DNA of 60,785 nt from a virus (IMGVR_UViG_3300046725_000023:1-60785); one strand, 5' to 3'. Positions 8,390-19,177 are shown, numbered from the stretch's first letter. Notes: generated by a model from the letters alone, not told the origin. Numbers and translations are program-made.

Positions 8390-9465
8390 AGCTCCCGTAC
8401 CTGAAGCGTCGTATCCCCGGCCAGGTCGAGCGTGACCGCGTCCACCGCGAGAATCTGCCCGTCGTGGCTGACCACATCCCCGGCGGAGATCGTCGGGTCG
8501 TACGAGCGGACCAGGTTGTATGTGGCGCCAGCGCCCTGTTCCTTGGCCATCACGGCCAGGGCGACGGCCTGAGCCAGCCCGGGGTAGTTCCAGTTCAGCG
8601 CCGCGTTCGTGTAGAACGCCGTGGACCGGCCGTACGGGCTGCCACCCGGGCCGGTGCCCGCGTACGTCGGGCTTGACGGATCACTGTCAACCACGACCGC
8701 GTGGACCGGTGTCGCCCCGTCCGGCGTCTCGCCGCGCGCCACGATCACGTTGGGCGGGCGGGTGTCGAAATCGGCGGACAAGCTGCTGACCATGTCCAGC
8801 GGGTACGCCGCGTTCGGGTCGGTCACGGTGGTGATCATCTGGAGCTGGCCCACCCGGCTGTAAACCAGCGTGCGCCGGTAGCCGATCAGGATGTCCTGGA
8901 GTTCCTTCCACGGGCCGGACCCGGTCTCCAGCCCCAGGATGCGCTTCTCGCCGACCGTCTCCCCCGCCGTCGGGATGTTCGGGTTGGAGCCGGTACGGCT
9001 CAGGATCACAGAGTTGACCATGGCGGCCAGATCGGTGGACGCCGCGATCACCTTGGGCGCCTCGAACTGGTATCGCTCCACCCGGTCCGAGAGGTCCACC
9101 AGCGACACATCGACCACGCGAGTGCCCGCGTCCAGGCGCGTACGCGACGAGGCGATATCGAACACGCCGTACGGCACCGTTGACACTGAACCGTCAAGCA
9201 GCTCCAGGCCCAGCTCCACCGTGACCTGGGTACCGAACGGTGTGAGCAGGTCGCGGGGGGACCTCGGGATCAGGTCCGCACCGGCGAACGACAGGCGCCC
9301 GTCCCACCGGGAGTTACGCCGGGTGTCCTGGGTGAGCGACCCGCTGACCGGCTCCAGCTCCAGGCTCACGCCTCCCCTGGAGACCGTGAACCGCGAGAAC
9401 CGGCGATAGCTGGTCGGCGTGCCGAGAGCCGCCTGGTGGCGGGCCGAGCTGAAACGACTGCTCAC
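8386..9465 (-). CDS. Minor tail protein, baseplate hub-like (DUF5047-like)
   Basis: SGSLTQD...LLTPFGTQVTVELG...VPYGVF; PNVIVARGE; YDPTISAGDVV. Confidence 0.7.
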   Translation of the reverse strand: MSSRFSSARHQAALGTPTSYRRFSRFTVSRGGVSLELEPVSGSLTQDTRRNSRWDGRLSFAGADLIPRSPRDLLTPFGTQVTVELGLELLDGSVSTVPYGVFDIASSRTRLDAGTRVVDVSLVDLSDRVERYQFEAPKVIAASTDLAAMVNSVILSRTGSNPNIPTAGETVGEKRILGLETGSGPWKELQDILIGYRRTLVYSRVGQLQMITTVTDPNAAYPLDMVSSLSADFDTRPPNVIVARGETPDGATPVHAVVVDSDPSSPTYAGTGPGGSPYGRSTAFYTNAALNWNYPGLAQAVALAVMAKEQGAGATYNLVRSYDPTISAGDVVSHDGQILAVDAVTLDLAGDTTLQVREL

Positions 9466-12278
9466 AGGAACTCCCCCGGCTCCACGGTGACCGGCCAGGG
9501 CTGGCGGATCATCTTGACCTGAACGACTTTCACGTCCGGCGCCGGTGCCCGTACGGTCCAGCCCTGGGGAGCGAACCAGCCCGGCGTTCCGGCGACCGGT
9601 GACCAGTAGACCAGGTCATTGCTGAGCATCGTCTCCAGTTGCGCGATGGCGGGCATCCCCTCGACCGCGATGGTCAGCGAGATGTCCTCACCGGCGGTCG
9701 TGACCGAGACCGAGGGCAACCCGCCGTCCAGCGGCACCGTGTCCGAGGTCAGCCGGGGGAACTCATGGTTGTGGTCGGTCGTGACCGCCATCCGGTCCGT
9801 GAAGCTGCTGAGCCGGTCGAGCCCATCGTCGTACTCCAGCGAGGGCACGGTGGCCTCGCTGAACTCCGTGATCTTCAGCTCGGGGATGGTCAGCGGGTCG
9901 GCGTCGATCGTGCCGTCCAGCCGGACGAAATGGACGTCATGGTACGGAGGCAGGTGGCTGGAGCTGCTCGTGTTGCCCGAGCTGCTGGTGGACACACCGG
10001 GGGAGGCGCTGCTCGTGCTGCCGGAGCTGTGCGTGTGCCCGGTCGTCGGGCTGCTCCCGAGGTCGCCGAACGAGGGCGCCTCGAACGATCCCGTGTTGCT
10101 CGTGCTCACGTTGGTGTCGTGGCTGTGAGCGTTGACCGAGTGGTCGTGCGCCGGGGTCGTGTGGCTGTGCGAACTGGAGCCGCCCGTGGAGTTCACGGAG
10201 TCCGAGCCCTTGTCACGGCAGAAGTAATTGCGCATGTCCGGCGTGCCGCTACCGCCGTTGCAGACGGTCAGCAGCGAGGAGATCGAGGCGACCGCGCTCA
10301 GGTGCAACCCGATGATGCGGGTCTGCTTTCCCCCGCCGGTGTTGCGCAGCACGCGCAACCGCCGGTGCGGCGGCTCCAGGTTCACGCTGCTGGTGGATCC
10401 TCCACTGCCTGAGTCCGTGGCGCCTGAGTTGATGCTCACCACGTCCATCGGGTGCGTGTGGCGCGGCAGCCAGCGCGGGGAGCTGGAGCCGTAGCCCGCT
10501 TCCTGGGAGCTGGACGGGTTGCTCTGCCCGGTGCTGCTGATCGAGTGGTCGTGACTGATCCCGGTATGGCTGTGCGAAGCGATCGAGTGCGTGTGGGTTG
10601 CGGCTCCGGACGTCGCGCCACCGTTGCCAGCAGCCGCCGCGCCCTTCAGGAACCGGCCCAGGCTGGTCGCGTCGTCGGTCCAGCCGGACACGGCCTCCGT
10701 GGCCCAGCCGAGCGCGCCCACCGGGTAGCCCGGCTCGGACCCGGCCGACTGAATCCAGATCACCTCGCGGGTGGCGGGCAGGTTGTTCGCCGCCGCCGCA
10801 CTGGGGGAGCTGGAACCGGACGTCATCGCCGCCTTAGAGCCGGTCGAGCTGGGGCGGCTGTGCGTGTGCGGCTGGTCCGCCTGGGGCTGGCTGGCGCCGT
10901 TGAACCGCGCGCTGGTGGTAGAGCTGTTCGAGCTGCCCGTGGAGCCGCCCAGCGAGTGGCTGTGCGCCGCGATGGTGTGCGTGTGGCCGCCGGTCGTGTG
11001 GCTGTGCGTCGTCGCTCCCCCGGTGGCCGTGGGCGCGGCCGTGCCGCTGGAGCCGCGAGGGTAGTAACCGTCCAGCGCCGTGACCCGCGTCCAGCCGGAC
11101 GGGATGCTGGCGGCCGTGCTCGGCCAGCCTAGGATCATGCCGCTCGGGATCGAGTCGGGCAGATCCACCAGGATGCCGATGTACCCGAAGTAACGAACCC
11201 GGTACGTGATGTCACAGGCGGCGCTTGACGTTTCACAGTCACCATCGACCTGGACCGGCTGGGGGTCGAGCTGCGGAATGGCCAGGTCCAGGTACGAACC
11301 GTTCAGCCCGTCCGGCACCACGGCGATGCGCTGGTCCCCGGTGCAATCCTCGCGCCAGACCTCGGCCACCACGTAGTCGTTGTCCCAGGTCTGGCCGCCC
11401 GGGTTGACCCATTCAACCCGGTACCCGCCGAACTCCGGTGTCACGCTGACCAGCGGCGGAGAGGGCGGGGGGACCGTGTTCAGGACGTCGAACGTGATCG
11501 TCTCGGCGTGCTCGAACGGGTCCGCTCCCCGGATGGTCGAACGGACCGAGAACACGGCGTAGTACGAACCGTCCTCCAGGACCACGGTCACCGGGATGGC
11601 CGCCGGTGGCGTGCCGCTCCCCGAGGAACCCATGAGCCCGTGGTCCGTGGAGTCGAATACCTCCACCGACCAGTCCAGCGCGGGCAGCCCGTCGTACGCG
11701 GGAACCCCGAAGAACAGCGTGGGCTGAGTCGTGTCCGTGACGGTGCCGCCGGACTGGTTCACCCCGGCGTTGTCGCGCACCTCGGGGGAGTAGTCCGGCT
11801 CGGCCCGGCAGTCGATATCGACGTAGACCTCGGCCGTGTGGAGCTGCGTACCGTCCGGGTTGACCCTCGGCCAGCCGCCTCCGATGTTGATGTCGTCCAG
11901 CGCGCCCGCCGTGCTCAGGCCGTAGGACGCCAGCGACGTCCAGTCGGTCACCTGCTCGGCGAACGATGACGTGACGTTGACGGTCTTGTACGTGAGGTAA
12001 GGGGTCGATCCCTTCCCCAGGTCGATGTCCTCCAGCATCGTGCCGGAGTCGCACTTCAGCCGGACCCGGCCCCGGATCAGGTGCCGCTGGTACCCGGCGG
12101 ACGGGGTGTGCGTCGCTACCCGCAAGCTCCAGTTGTCGCCGTAGCTGGCCAGGGGGAACGAGATGTACGTGGCGTCCGAGTCGTCCGCCGTGACCGCGTT
12201 CAGCGTGCCGGACGGCACGGTCGTGGCCGAGCCGGTCTCTTGGATCGAGACCGGACGGCGGACGTCGATTATCGCCAC
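9462..12278 (-). CDS. Minor tail protein with collar-like and HxH fibre repeats
   Basis: IPSGW...YYPRG, CNGGSGTPDMRNYF, many HTH/HSH tripeptides; paralogue of 12310-15720. Confidence 0.75.
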   Translation of the reverse strand: MAIIDVRRPVSIQETGSATTVPSGTLNAVTADDSDATYISFPLASYGDNWSLRVATHTPSAGYQRHLIRGRVRLKCDSGTMLEDIDLGKGSTPYLTYKTVNVTSSFAEQVTDWTSLASYGLSTAGALDDINIGGGWPRVNPDGTQLHTAEVYVDIDCRAEPDYSPEVRDNAGVNQSGGTVTDTTQPTLFFGVPAYDGLPALDWSVEVFDSTDHGLMGSSGSGTPPAAIPVTVVLEDGSYYAVFSVRSTIRGADPFEHAETITFDVLNTVPPPSPPLVSVTPEFGGYRVEWVNPGGQTWDNDYVVAEVWREDCTGDQRIAVVPDGLNGSYLDLAIPQLDPQPVQVDGDCETSSAACDITYRVRYFGYIGILVDLPDSIPSGMILGWPSTAASIPSGWTRVTALDGYYPRGSSGTAAPTATGGATTHSHTTGGHTHTIAAHSHSLGGSTGSSNSSTTSARFNGASQPQADQPHTHSRPSSTGSKAAMTSGSSSPSAAAANNLPATREVIWIQSAGSEPGYPVGALGWATEAVSGWTDDATSLGRFLKGAAAAGNGGATSGAATHTHSIASHSHTGISHDHSISSTGQSNPSSSQEAGYGSSSPRWLPRHTHPMDVVSINSGATDSGSGGSTSSVNLEPPHRRLRVLRNTGGGKQTRIIGLHLSAVASISSLLTVCNGGSGTPDMRNYFCRDKGSDSVNSTGGSSSHSHTTPAHDHSVNAHSHDTNVSTSNTGSFEAPSFGDLGSSPTTGHTHSSGSTSSASPGVSTSSSGNTSSSSHLPPYHDVHFVRLDGTIDADPLTIPELKITEFSEATVPSLEYDDGLDRLSSFTDRMAVTTDHNHEFPRLTSDTVPLDGGLPSVSVTTAGEDISLTIAVEGMPAIAQLETMLSNDLVYWSPVAGTPGWFAPQGWTVRAPAPDVKVVQVKMIRQPWPVTVEPGEFL

Positions 12279-12309
12279 AGTGCCCCCTCATCCTGAGTCA
12301 TGGTGACAC

Positions 12310-15300
12310 TCATACTCCCACGTCCGCGAGCTGGGGCGGCGGCTGCGAGCCGGTCCCGATGAACGTGGCGGTCACCCGGCGGATGCGGCCGACCTTGACC
12401 ACCTGGACCGACTCCGTCACCGGAGCCGCCCAGACCTCGGTGGCGTCGCTCGGCGAGATCAGGACCAGCGGCCGGGCGAGCACCTCGCGGAGCTGGGTCA
12501 GATCCTCCTCGCTCTCGACGGCCGCCGTCATCGACATGTCCCGGCCGCCCGGCGAAGCGCTGGTGACGAACCGGCCGCCGTTGATCCCGGTGGCCGCCGT
12601 GAACGGCCGGTCTACCGACCACTCGAACTTGCCCAGGATCGGCGCCCAGAGAGGGCCGTCCGGGCCGAGCGTGCGGATCAGGTGCTGGTCATCGGTCCAG
12701 GTGAAACAGAACGACGTCGGGTCTTCCGGCGGGCCGAACTCCTCCATCAGTTGGATGAACGCCACCTCCTCGTGGGGGAGGTCGGCGTCGGTGCTGGCCG
12801 GAGTGCCGGAGGCGGCGGCCGTGACGATCAGCCCGCTGGCGTCGGTCGCGCCGCCGGTGTGGGTGTGCGTCCCGGTGGACACGCTGACCGTGACCGTCGC
12901 ACTGGTGTTCGCCGTGGCCGCCCCGGCGGAGGCGATCGTCTCGGTATGGGTGTGCGTCGCCGCCGTGTGGGTGTGGGTCGCGTTCGTGTGCGCGTGGGTA
13001 GGGTCGGCGCCGCCCGTGGTGTCGATGCTGGCGGTCGCCGCCCTCGGGTACACGCCGAGCATGTTCGGCGTGCCGTTCGTCCCGTCACAGAGCTGCCAGT
13101 GCGCCGGGATGGTGCTCAGCGCTCCACGCCACGGGCAGATCAGACCCACGGGGAGGTCGGGCACGCCGCTGGTGTTCTGCCGCACCCGGAGGTTCCGGTA
13201 CGGCGGGAGCATCGAGGAACCGGACGCCCCGGTGTCGGCCGCGCCGCCGGACGCCAGGGCGCCCGAGGTGGACGAGACCGAGGTGATGACGTGGCTGTGC
13301 GCGGTCGTCCACAAGACCGCGTTCGGCCCGGCGAACAGAGACAGGTTCGATACCGCGCTGGAGGTCGTCGTGGTGCCGTGGTGGTGCGAGACGCCGGTGT
13401 GCGTGTGCGCGCCCATCGCGTGCACGTGGCTGTCCAGGGCGCTGGCGATCGTCGCTCCCCCGGAGGCGCCGATCACACCCTTCAGGAACCGGTCCGACGC
13501 GTCCGTGTAGGTCACCCATCCTGACGGTGCAATGTCAGGAAAGAAGCTGGCGGCGCCGTTCGGGATCCCGGTGGGTGTCCCGTCCGGCTCGATGAAGATC
13601 ACCTCCAGCCGCTCCACGTCGTTCGAGACCGAGGTGACGGTGGCGGTCGTGCCGCCGCTGTCGAACGTGGCCGTGTCGAAATTGTTCCGGGTGTGCGTGT
13701 GGGTGGTGGCGATGGCGGTCGTGCCCACGGCGCCGTTCGAGCTGGAGACCGCGCCGGACCCGGCCGACGTCGCGCCGGTGTGGCCGTGCCCGTGGGCCGT
13801 GCTGTGCGCGTGCGAGGCCACCGTGTGGCTGTGCGTCGCCGAGCCGCCCGCCGTGCCCGGGGAGGTGACCGCGTCCGGGATGCCCTTCAGGTAGAGCCCG
13901 TCCAGCGCCGAGACCCGGCTCCACCCGGCCGGGATGCTCGCGGCCGTGCTCGGCCACATCACGATCAGGTCCTCGGGGAGGCCGTCCTCGGCCACGTCGG
14001 ACCAGTCCGAGATCCGGAGTTCGCCATCGATCCGGCCGACGGTGCGCGCCCGGTAGTACGAGCAGCACTGAGCCGGGGTGTGCGTGCACGTGACGCCCAC
14101 GCCCGTGCGAGGGATCGTGTAGTCCACCCACTCGGCGCACTCATCGGTCGCCAGCGGCCCGAGGATCGCCAGGGTGGTGACCGAGGTGGGGGAGTAGACG
14201 GCGGCCGACCCGTTGACCGTCCAGGTGTTGCCCTGGGTGTCGTCGAACTCGCGGGTGCCGTCCAGGTGGTTCGTGAAGTCCGGCGACAGAACCGTGGTCG
14301 TACCGTCGCGCACCTCGACCGAGTAGATGTTCCCCTCGAACCGCTCGCTGGCGACGCCCGCCACCAGGACCGCACCGATCGTGTACGGCGCCGAGCTGGC
14401 GAAGATCGAGGTGGCCACCCCGTCGGCGTCCGTGCTGAACGCCACCCACTCGCCCTCGTCGGTCTCGCGGCTCCAGAACGTGATCTCGTCCAGGATCGGA
14501 TCGAACGTCACCCGTAGCCGGACGATGCCGTACGGGTCGATCGGGATCCGGTCGTCCGCGCGCCAGGCGTAGTTCACGATCCCGTTGTCCGACCACCCGA
14601 AGATCGGGCGGCCGATGATCGCCGGGTCGCCATCACCATCGGCATCGAGGTAGAGCCGCCAACCGCGCTGGTTGCTGCCGGTGTCGTAGTGCGCCACCAG
14701 GTTCTGGTTCGCGGCCGGGCGCCAGTCGTCATCGCGCTGTGCCTTGACGATGATCTCCAGGTTGCCGGACACCTGAGCCGGATCCGGGGAGCTGACATAG
14801 GCGCCCGAGGTCCCGGGTGAGATCAGGTACCCGCCCACCGGGCAGTCCACCCGCTGAACCTCGATATAGCCTACGGAGTCGTCCAGGTCGGCCACGTCCG
14901 GCGCGCACGCCTCGACCACGTAGAACGGTGAGTCCGCCTCCGGCGTGACGGTCGGGTTGGCCGGGCGGTCCACCGTGCCCACGGCCACCGTGAAGGCGAG
15001 CGACTCCTGGTCGCTCGGGTACTCCGTGTTCGCGCCGAGCGTGGACCACACGATCATGTTGGCGATATACGACCCGTTGTCCAGCGCGGTGGTCTGGCGG
15101 TTGACCGCCGGGCCGGAGGTGATGCCGGTGTCCCACACGGTCGCCCCGTTGAGGGTCACCCAGTAGCGGTACTGCCTGGCGTTGAGGTCGTCCAGGTCGA
15201 TCGAGGCAGCCCGGATGATCGGCTGTGCCGTGTCGGCCACCAGCACGGTGGAGGCGCCCGAGCCGTCCAGAACCTGGGGCGTCATCGTCGGTGCGTCGCG

Positions 15301-15720
15301 GCTGTCCACGTCCAGGTACAGCTCATTGATCTTGACGCCGGACGACTGGCCGGTGACGTAGGCGTACAGCACGGTGGACCCGGTGGCCGGTGCGCCGAAT
15401 CCCCACGATCCCGAGACCGTGCTCAGCGAGGTGTCGAACGACGCGGCAGCGTTCGCGGTCAGCACGCCGGAGTTGAGCCGGACCGCCCACCGGGCGTCGC
15501 CGTCCTCGCCGCGCACCCGGAGCCGGACCGCGTGGCGCCGCTCTCCGGCCGGGGGAGCATCGGCCGGGGTGGACAGCACCATGGCCGGGCCGGAGCCGCC
15601 CCAGGTCGCGTACGTCGCATCCGAGTTGTCGGACGTAACGCCGTGGAGCGTGCCCGCGCTCGGCGTCCAGCCGCTACCCGAGGAGGTCCCGGACGGCCTG
15701 AGTGTGGTGGTCGTGCCCAT
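12310..15720 (-). CDS. Minor tail protein with LamG-like, collar-like and HxH repeats
   Basis: Directly after tape measure; RGWRLYL...YTIGA...FEGNIYSVEV; WQLCDGTNGTPNM. Confidence 0.75.
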   Translation of the reverse strand: MGTTTTLRPSGTSSGSGWTPSAGTLHGVTSDNSDATYATWGGSGPAMVLSTPADAPPAGERRHAVRLRVRGEDGDARWAVRLNSGVLTANAAASFDTSLSTVSGSWGFGAPATGSTVLYAYVTGQSSGVKINELYLDVDSRDAPTMTPQVLDGSGASTVLVADTAQPIIRAASIDLDDLNARQYRYWVTLNGATVWDTGITSGPAVNRQTTALDNGSYIANMIVWSTLGANTEYPSDQESLAFTVAVGTVDRPANPTVTPEADSPFYVVEACAPDVADLDDSVGYIEVQRVDCPVGGYLISPGTSGAYVSSPDPAQVSGNLEIIVKAQRDDDWRPAANQNLVAHYDTGSNQRGWRLYLDADGDGDPAIIGRPIFGWSDNGIVNYAWRADDRIPIDPYGIVRLRVTFDPILDEITFWSRETDEGEWVAFSTDADGVATSIFASSAPYTIGAVLVAGVASERFEGNIYSVEVRDGTTTVLSPDFTNHLDGTREFDDTQGNTWTVNGSAAVYSPTSVTTLAILGPLATDECAEWVDYTIPRTGVGVTCTHTPAQCCSYYRARTVGRIDGELRISDWSDVAEDGLPEDLIVMWPSTAASIPAGWSRVSALDGLYLKGIPDAVTSPGTAGGSATHSHTVASHAHSTAHGHGHTGATSAGSGAVSSSNGAVGTTAIATTHTHTRNNFDTATFDSGGTTATVTSVSNDVERLEVIFIEPDGTPTGIPNGAASFFPDIAPSGWVTYTDASDRFLKGVIGASGGATIASALDSHVHAMGAHTHTGVSHHHGTTTTSSAVSNLSLFAGPNAVLWTTAHSHVITSVSSTSGALASGGAADTGASGSSMLPPYRNLRVRQNTSGVPDLPVGLICPWRGALSTIPAHWQLCDGTNGTPNMLGVYPRAATASIDTTGGADPTHAHTNATHTHTAATHTHTETIASAGAATANTSATVTVSVSTGTHTHTGGATDASGLIVTAAASGTPASTDADLPHEEVAFIQLMEEFGPPEDPTSFCFTWTDDQHLIRTLGPDGPLWAPILGKFEWSVDRPFTAATGINGGRFVTSASPGGRDMSMTAAVESEEDLTQLREVLARPLVLISPSDATEVWAAPVTESVQVVKVGRIRRVTATFIGTGSQPPPQLADVGV

Positions 15721-15733
15721 GTCTCGCCTCCCC

Positions 15734-18685
15734 TTACTTGACTAGGGCCGCTTGCGCCAGCCGCTCCAGCACGGCCTCCGCAGCCTGGACGCCCGCCTCT
15801 CGGCCTCCGCCGTTGATCACGATCGCACCCGGCGCGATGGTGATGGACGTCTGCCCGCCCATCTGGCTGGCCCCGTCGCCGCCGCGCGCCGCCGGTGCCT
15901 GCCCGGCCGGGGCCATGAACGTCGGGATGTCACCGGCCAGGGCGTTGATCGCCTTCTTGATCACCTTCCGGCGGGAGTCGATGCCGACCTCGTAGCCGCG
16001 CATCGTGTCGATGCCGATGTCCCGGAAGACCGTCGATGGGGAGTTGATGCCCAGGATCTTCTTGGCCCAGCCGGGGATCATCGCGGCCAGACTCTGGACC
16101 GCCGAGCGCACGGCCCCGGCGCCGCGCCGGATACCGGACGCCAGGCCCGAGACGATCGAGGCGCCGATGCTGACCAGCCAGCCGCCAGCTCCGGACAGCG
16201 CGCCGGTCACTAGGCCCTTGATCCCCCGGACGATTGAGATCGCGATATTGATCGCTCCCCGGATGCCGTTGGCCAGACCAGTGATGATGTTGCGGCCCGC
16301 CGAGACCAGCCATCCGGCCGCGCTCGCCATCGCGTTGATCATCGCGCTGTGAATCGAGGACACGGCCGATCGCGCACCGGCGACGCCCCGCGAGATCAGC
16401 GTGGCCGTGAAGCTGGTGGTGATCCGGACGGCGGCCGAGATCATCGAGCCGATGATGCTCAGCGTGGCCGAGATGATCGCCTGGTTGATCCGGAACACCG
16501 CGCTGATCATCGAGGGGATGGCCCGGATGAACGCCTGGTTCAGCGCGAGCATGATCTGGAACCCGGCCTGTGCGAGTTGCGGCGCGTTGGCGATGATCGC
16601 GTCCGTGACGGCCGGGATCACCACGGTTGAAATGACGTTGGCGATGAGCGCGGCGTTGTTCGCCATCCCCGTGATGATGGCTACCAGGACGTCGATACCA
16701 GCCTGGATGAGCTGCGGGTTGTCCTTCAGAATCTGCGTGATCTGGGGGAGCAAGGTGTCCGTGATGAACGTGGTCAACAGCGCCACGTTGTCGGCCCACG
16801 CCTGAACGAGAGACTTAAAGATCTCGATGGCGGCGGCGATGATCTCGGGGTTTTCCTTGAACAGGGTCGTGATGGCCGGGATGATCTGGTTCGTGATGAC
16901 ATCGGTGATAATGCCGATGTTGTCCACCCAGCCCTGCATCACCTGCTTCAGCATCGAGACGCCCTGCTCCAGCAGCTTGGGACCTTGGGTCTCCAGCGTG
17001 TTCAGCAGCGTGGGGATCACTTCGTTCTGGATCTTCTCGGCGATCTTGGGCATGGCCTCGCCGATGCCCTGGACGATCGCCGTGATGATGTTGATTCCGA
17101 GCAGCAGCAGATCAGGGGCCGCATCGAGGAACGCCGAGATGATCTGGGGCACGGCCTTGATCAGCGCGGTGGCGACGTCGGGCAGCGCGGTCAGGATGCC
17201 CGAGACAAGGCCCTTGATCAGCCGGAGCCCGGCGTTGATGATCACCGGGATCAGGCCGATGATCCCCGTGATCAGCGTGGTGGCCAGCTTCACGACCGCC
17301 GGGATCAGCGTGGGGAGCGCGTTCACGATCCCGTCCACCAGGCCGTTCACCAGCAGCCCGGCCGCCTCGACCACCTTGGGAGCGGTCCTGACCAGCGAGT
17401 TCACCAGCGCGGTCACCAGCGAGACCACGCCCGCGATGATCTTGGGGATCAGCGTGGGGAGCGCGTTCGCCAAACCCTCGACCATCCGGATGGCCGCGTC
17501 CTGGACCCGCTCGCGGAACGCGATGATCTTCTCGATGATCGACGGGAGGTTGTTTGCCAGGAATTGCAGACCGTTCTTTACGAAGTCCTGGAAGCTGTCG
17601 ATGGCACTCTGTGCGAACTCTTTGAAGCTCTCTTTCGAGCTGAAGATCTGCTTGATGGCGACATACGTCCGGCCGCTCCAGGCGATGAACTCGCCCAGCT
17701 TGGTGATCACCTTGGACACGCCCGTGAGCAAGTCCTCCAGGAACTCGCCCAGCTCGGGCGACGCGCTGGCGATCTTGTCGAACATCCCCCCGAGCGCGGA
17801 GCCGATCTTCTCCAGCCCGGCGCCGAGCCCGGCCATGACCGGCCCGCTGGACTTCACCAGGTTGACGAACCCGGGCAGCGCGTTGGTCACCAGCTTGCCC
17901 AGGCTCTCGGCGAACGGCACGATGGCCGGTGCCAGCCCGGCGAACGCCTCCCGGAGCTGGGGAGCGATCTGGCCTATCAGGCCCTGGAACACGCCCAGCG
18001 CGTCCACCAGCGGCTGGAGGAGAGGCTTTGCGGCGGCGCCGAACTCGGACTTGACGGAGTCCATCAGCGACTTCGCGGCGGCCTTCAGCTCCGGCTCGTT
18101 CTTCAGCAGCGAGACGCCCAGGCCCAGCGCGCCGAGCGCGCCACCGGCTGCGAGGGCGGCACCGATCAGCGAACCGATGGCGGGCGCGGCCACGGCCGCG
18201 ATACCGGCGGCGATGCCCAGCCCGGCCACGATCAGGGTCGGACCGATCAGCTTGGGCAGTACCTTCAGTCCGGCCTTCAGGCTGTGAGCGAACAGCGTGG
18301 CGGAGTCGGTGCCGGTCCGGCCGAACAGTCCGGCCAGGAACCGGCGGATCGAGCTGTCATCGGTGTTCTTCTTGAACGACTTCCCCAGGGACTTGCCTGC
18401 CTCGCGCCCGGCGGACTCCCCGATCTCGCGCCCGGTGTCGGCGCCCATCTTGGCGAACCGGCCCCGGTCGTCACGGAGTCTGCCGTCCGCTCCCCGAGTG
18501 ACTCCGCCGCCCATCTCGCGCCCGGCGTCCTCACCGGCGCGGCGTGCCGCGTCCTTGTCCACCGGGACCTCTACCGGGTCCAGGTTGATCCGTGACAATG
18601 CACGGTCAAGGTCCCGTTCGGTCTGACGGGCGAAGTTGCGTACGTCCCCCGTGACCTCTACCCGGGCGGAACCGACATCTGTCAC
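15734..18685 (-). CDS. Tape measure protein
   Basis: VGSARVEV N-terminus, GRLRDDRGRF, long amphipathic helical repeats, LGINSPSTVF. Confidence 0.9.
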   Translation of the reverse strand: MTDVGSARVEVTGDVRNFARQTERDLDRALSRINLDPVEVPVDKDAARRAGEDAGREMGGGVTRGADGRLRDDRGRFAKMGADTGREIGESAGREAGKSLGKSFKKNTDDSSIRRFLAGLFGRTGTDSATLFAHSLKAGLKVLPKLIGPTLIVAGLGIAAGIAAVAAPAIGSLIGAALAAGGALGALGLGVSLLKNEPELKAAAKSLMDSVKSEFGAAAKPLLQPLVDALGVFQGLIGQIAPQLREAFAGLAPAIVPFAESLGKLVTNALPGFVNLVKSSGPVMAGLGAGLEKIGSALGGMFDKIASASPELGEFLEDLLTGVSKVITKLGEFIAWSGRTYVAIKQIFSSKESFKEFAQSAIDSFQDFVKNGLQFLANNLPSIIEKIIAFRERVQDAAIRMVEGLANALPTLIPKIIAGVVSLVTALVNSLVRTAPKVVEAAGLLVNGLVDGIVNALPTLIPAVVKLATTLITGIIGLIPVIINAGLRLIKGLVSGILTALPDVATALIKAVPQIISAFLDAAPDLLLLGINIITAIVQGIGEAMPKIAEKIQNEVIPTLLNTLETQGPKLLEQGVSMLKQVMQGWVDNIGIITDVITNQIIPAITTLFKENPEIIAAAIEIFKSLVQAWADNVALLTTFITDTLLPQITQILKDNPQLIQAGIDVLVAIITGMANNAALIANVISTVVIPAVTDAIIANAPQLAQAGFQIMLALNQAFIRAIPSMISAVFRINQAIISATLSIIGSMISAAVRITTSFTATLISRGVAGARSAVSSIHSAMINAMASAAGWLVSAGRNIITGLANGIRGAINIAISIVRGIKGLVTGALSGAGGWLVSIGASIVSGLASGIRRGAGAVRSAVQSLAAMIPGWAKKILGINSPSTVFRDIGIDTMRGYEVGIDSRRKVIKKAINALAGDIPTFMAPAGQAPAARGGDGASQMGGQTSITIAPGAIVINGGGREAGVQAAEAVLERLAQAALVK

Positions 18686-18748
18686 GAGGCCCAGCCTACG
18701 TGCCCCATCGATCCGGACCTAGGGGGCACTTCAGCTAGGCTGTCCGTC

Positions 18749-19177
18749 ATGGATGTGTCTCGCGCGCAGCTCTCCAACCTCGGCGATGAGGTCGAGCTGG
18801 TGGACCCGGAGTTCCCGTGGACCGTCCGCGTCCGGCTCTCGGCGGATGCCGACCGGCCCGTGGTGCTCGACCTGACCGTGCTCGCGCGCAACGGCGACGC
18901 CATCACGTCCACCGCGCTGGCCCAGATTCCTGTGCGCCAGCTAGCCAGCGTGGCCGCCAGCGCCCTCGCGGGGGAGGGCGAGGCTCAGTACCGGATGCTG
19001 GCCGTGCCGCGCCCACACGGCTCTAGGACGTGGCCGGAGGATCACTTCCAGCGGGTTGCTCGCGTGGCCGCGTGGGCACGCGCGACCGGCCGGGCGGGCG
19101 GGGCCGCCGGAGCGGTCGCTGAGTTCTGGGGGGTTCACTACCGGACGGCTCGGCGCTGGCTCGGACGCCAGCAGTAG
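18749..19177 (+). CDS. DNA-binding regulator with C-terminal HTH (DUF6214-like), antisense within tail operon
   Basis: ITSTALAQIPV...FQRVARV...AVAEFWGVHYRTARRWL; leaderless TAGGCT-7nt-ATG. Confidence 0.7.
   Translation: MDVSRAQLSNLGDEVELVDPEFPWTVRVRLSADADRPVVLDLTVLARNGDAITSTALAQIPVRQLASVAASALAGEGEAQYRMLAVPRPHGSRTWPEDHFQRVARVAAWARATGRAGGAAGAVAEFWGVHYRTARRWLGRQQ

Noticed and set aside
9462-15720. Diversity-generating retroelement template/variable repeats in tail genes
   Set aside because: Similarity is protein-level paralogy, and no reverse transcriptase is present
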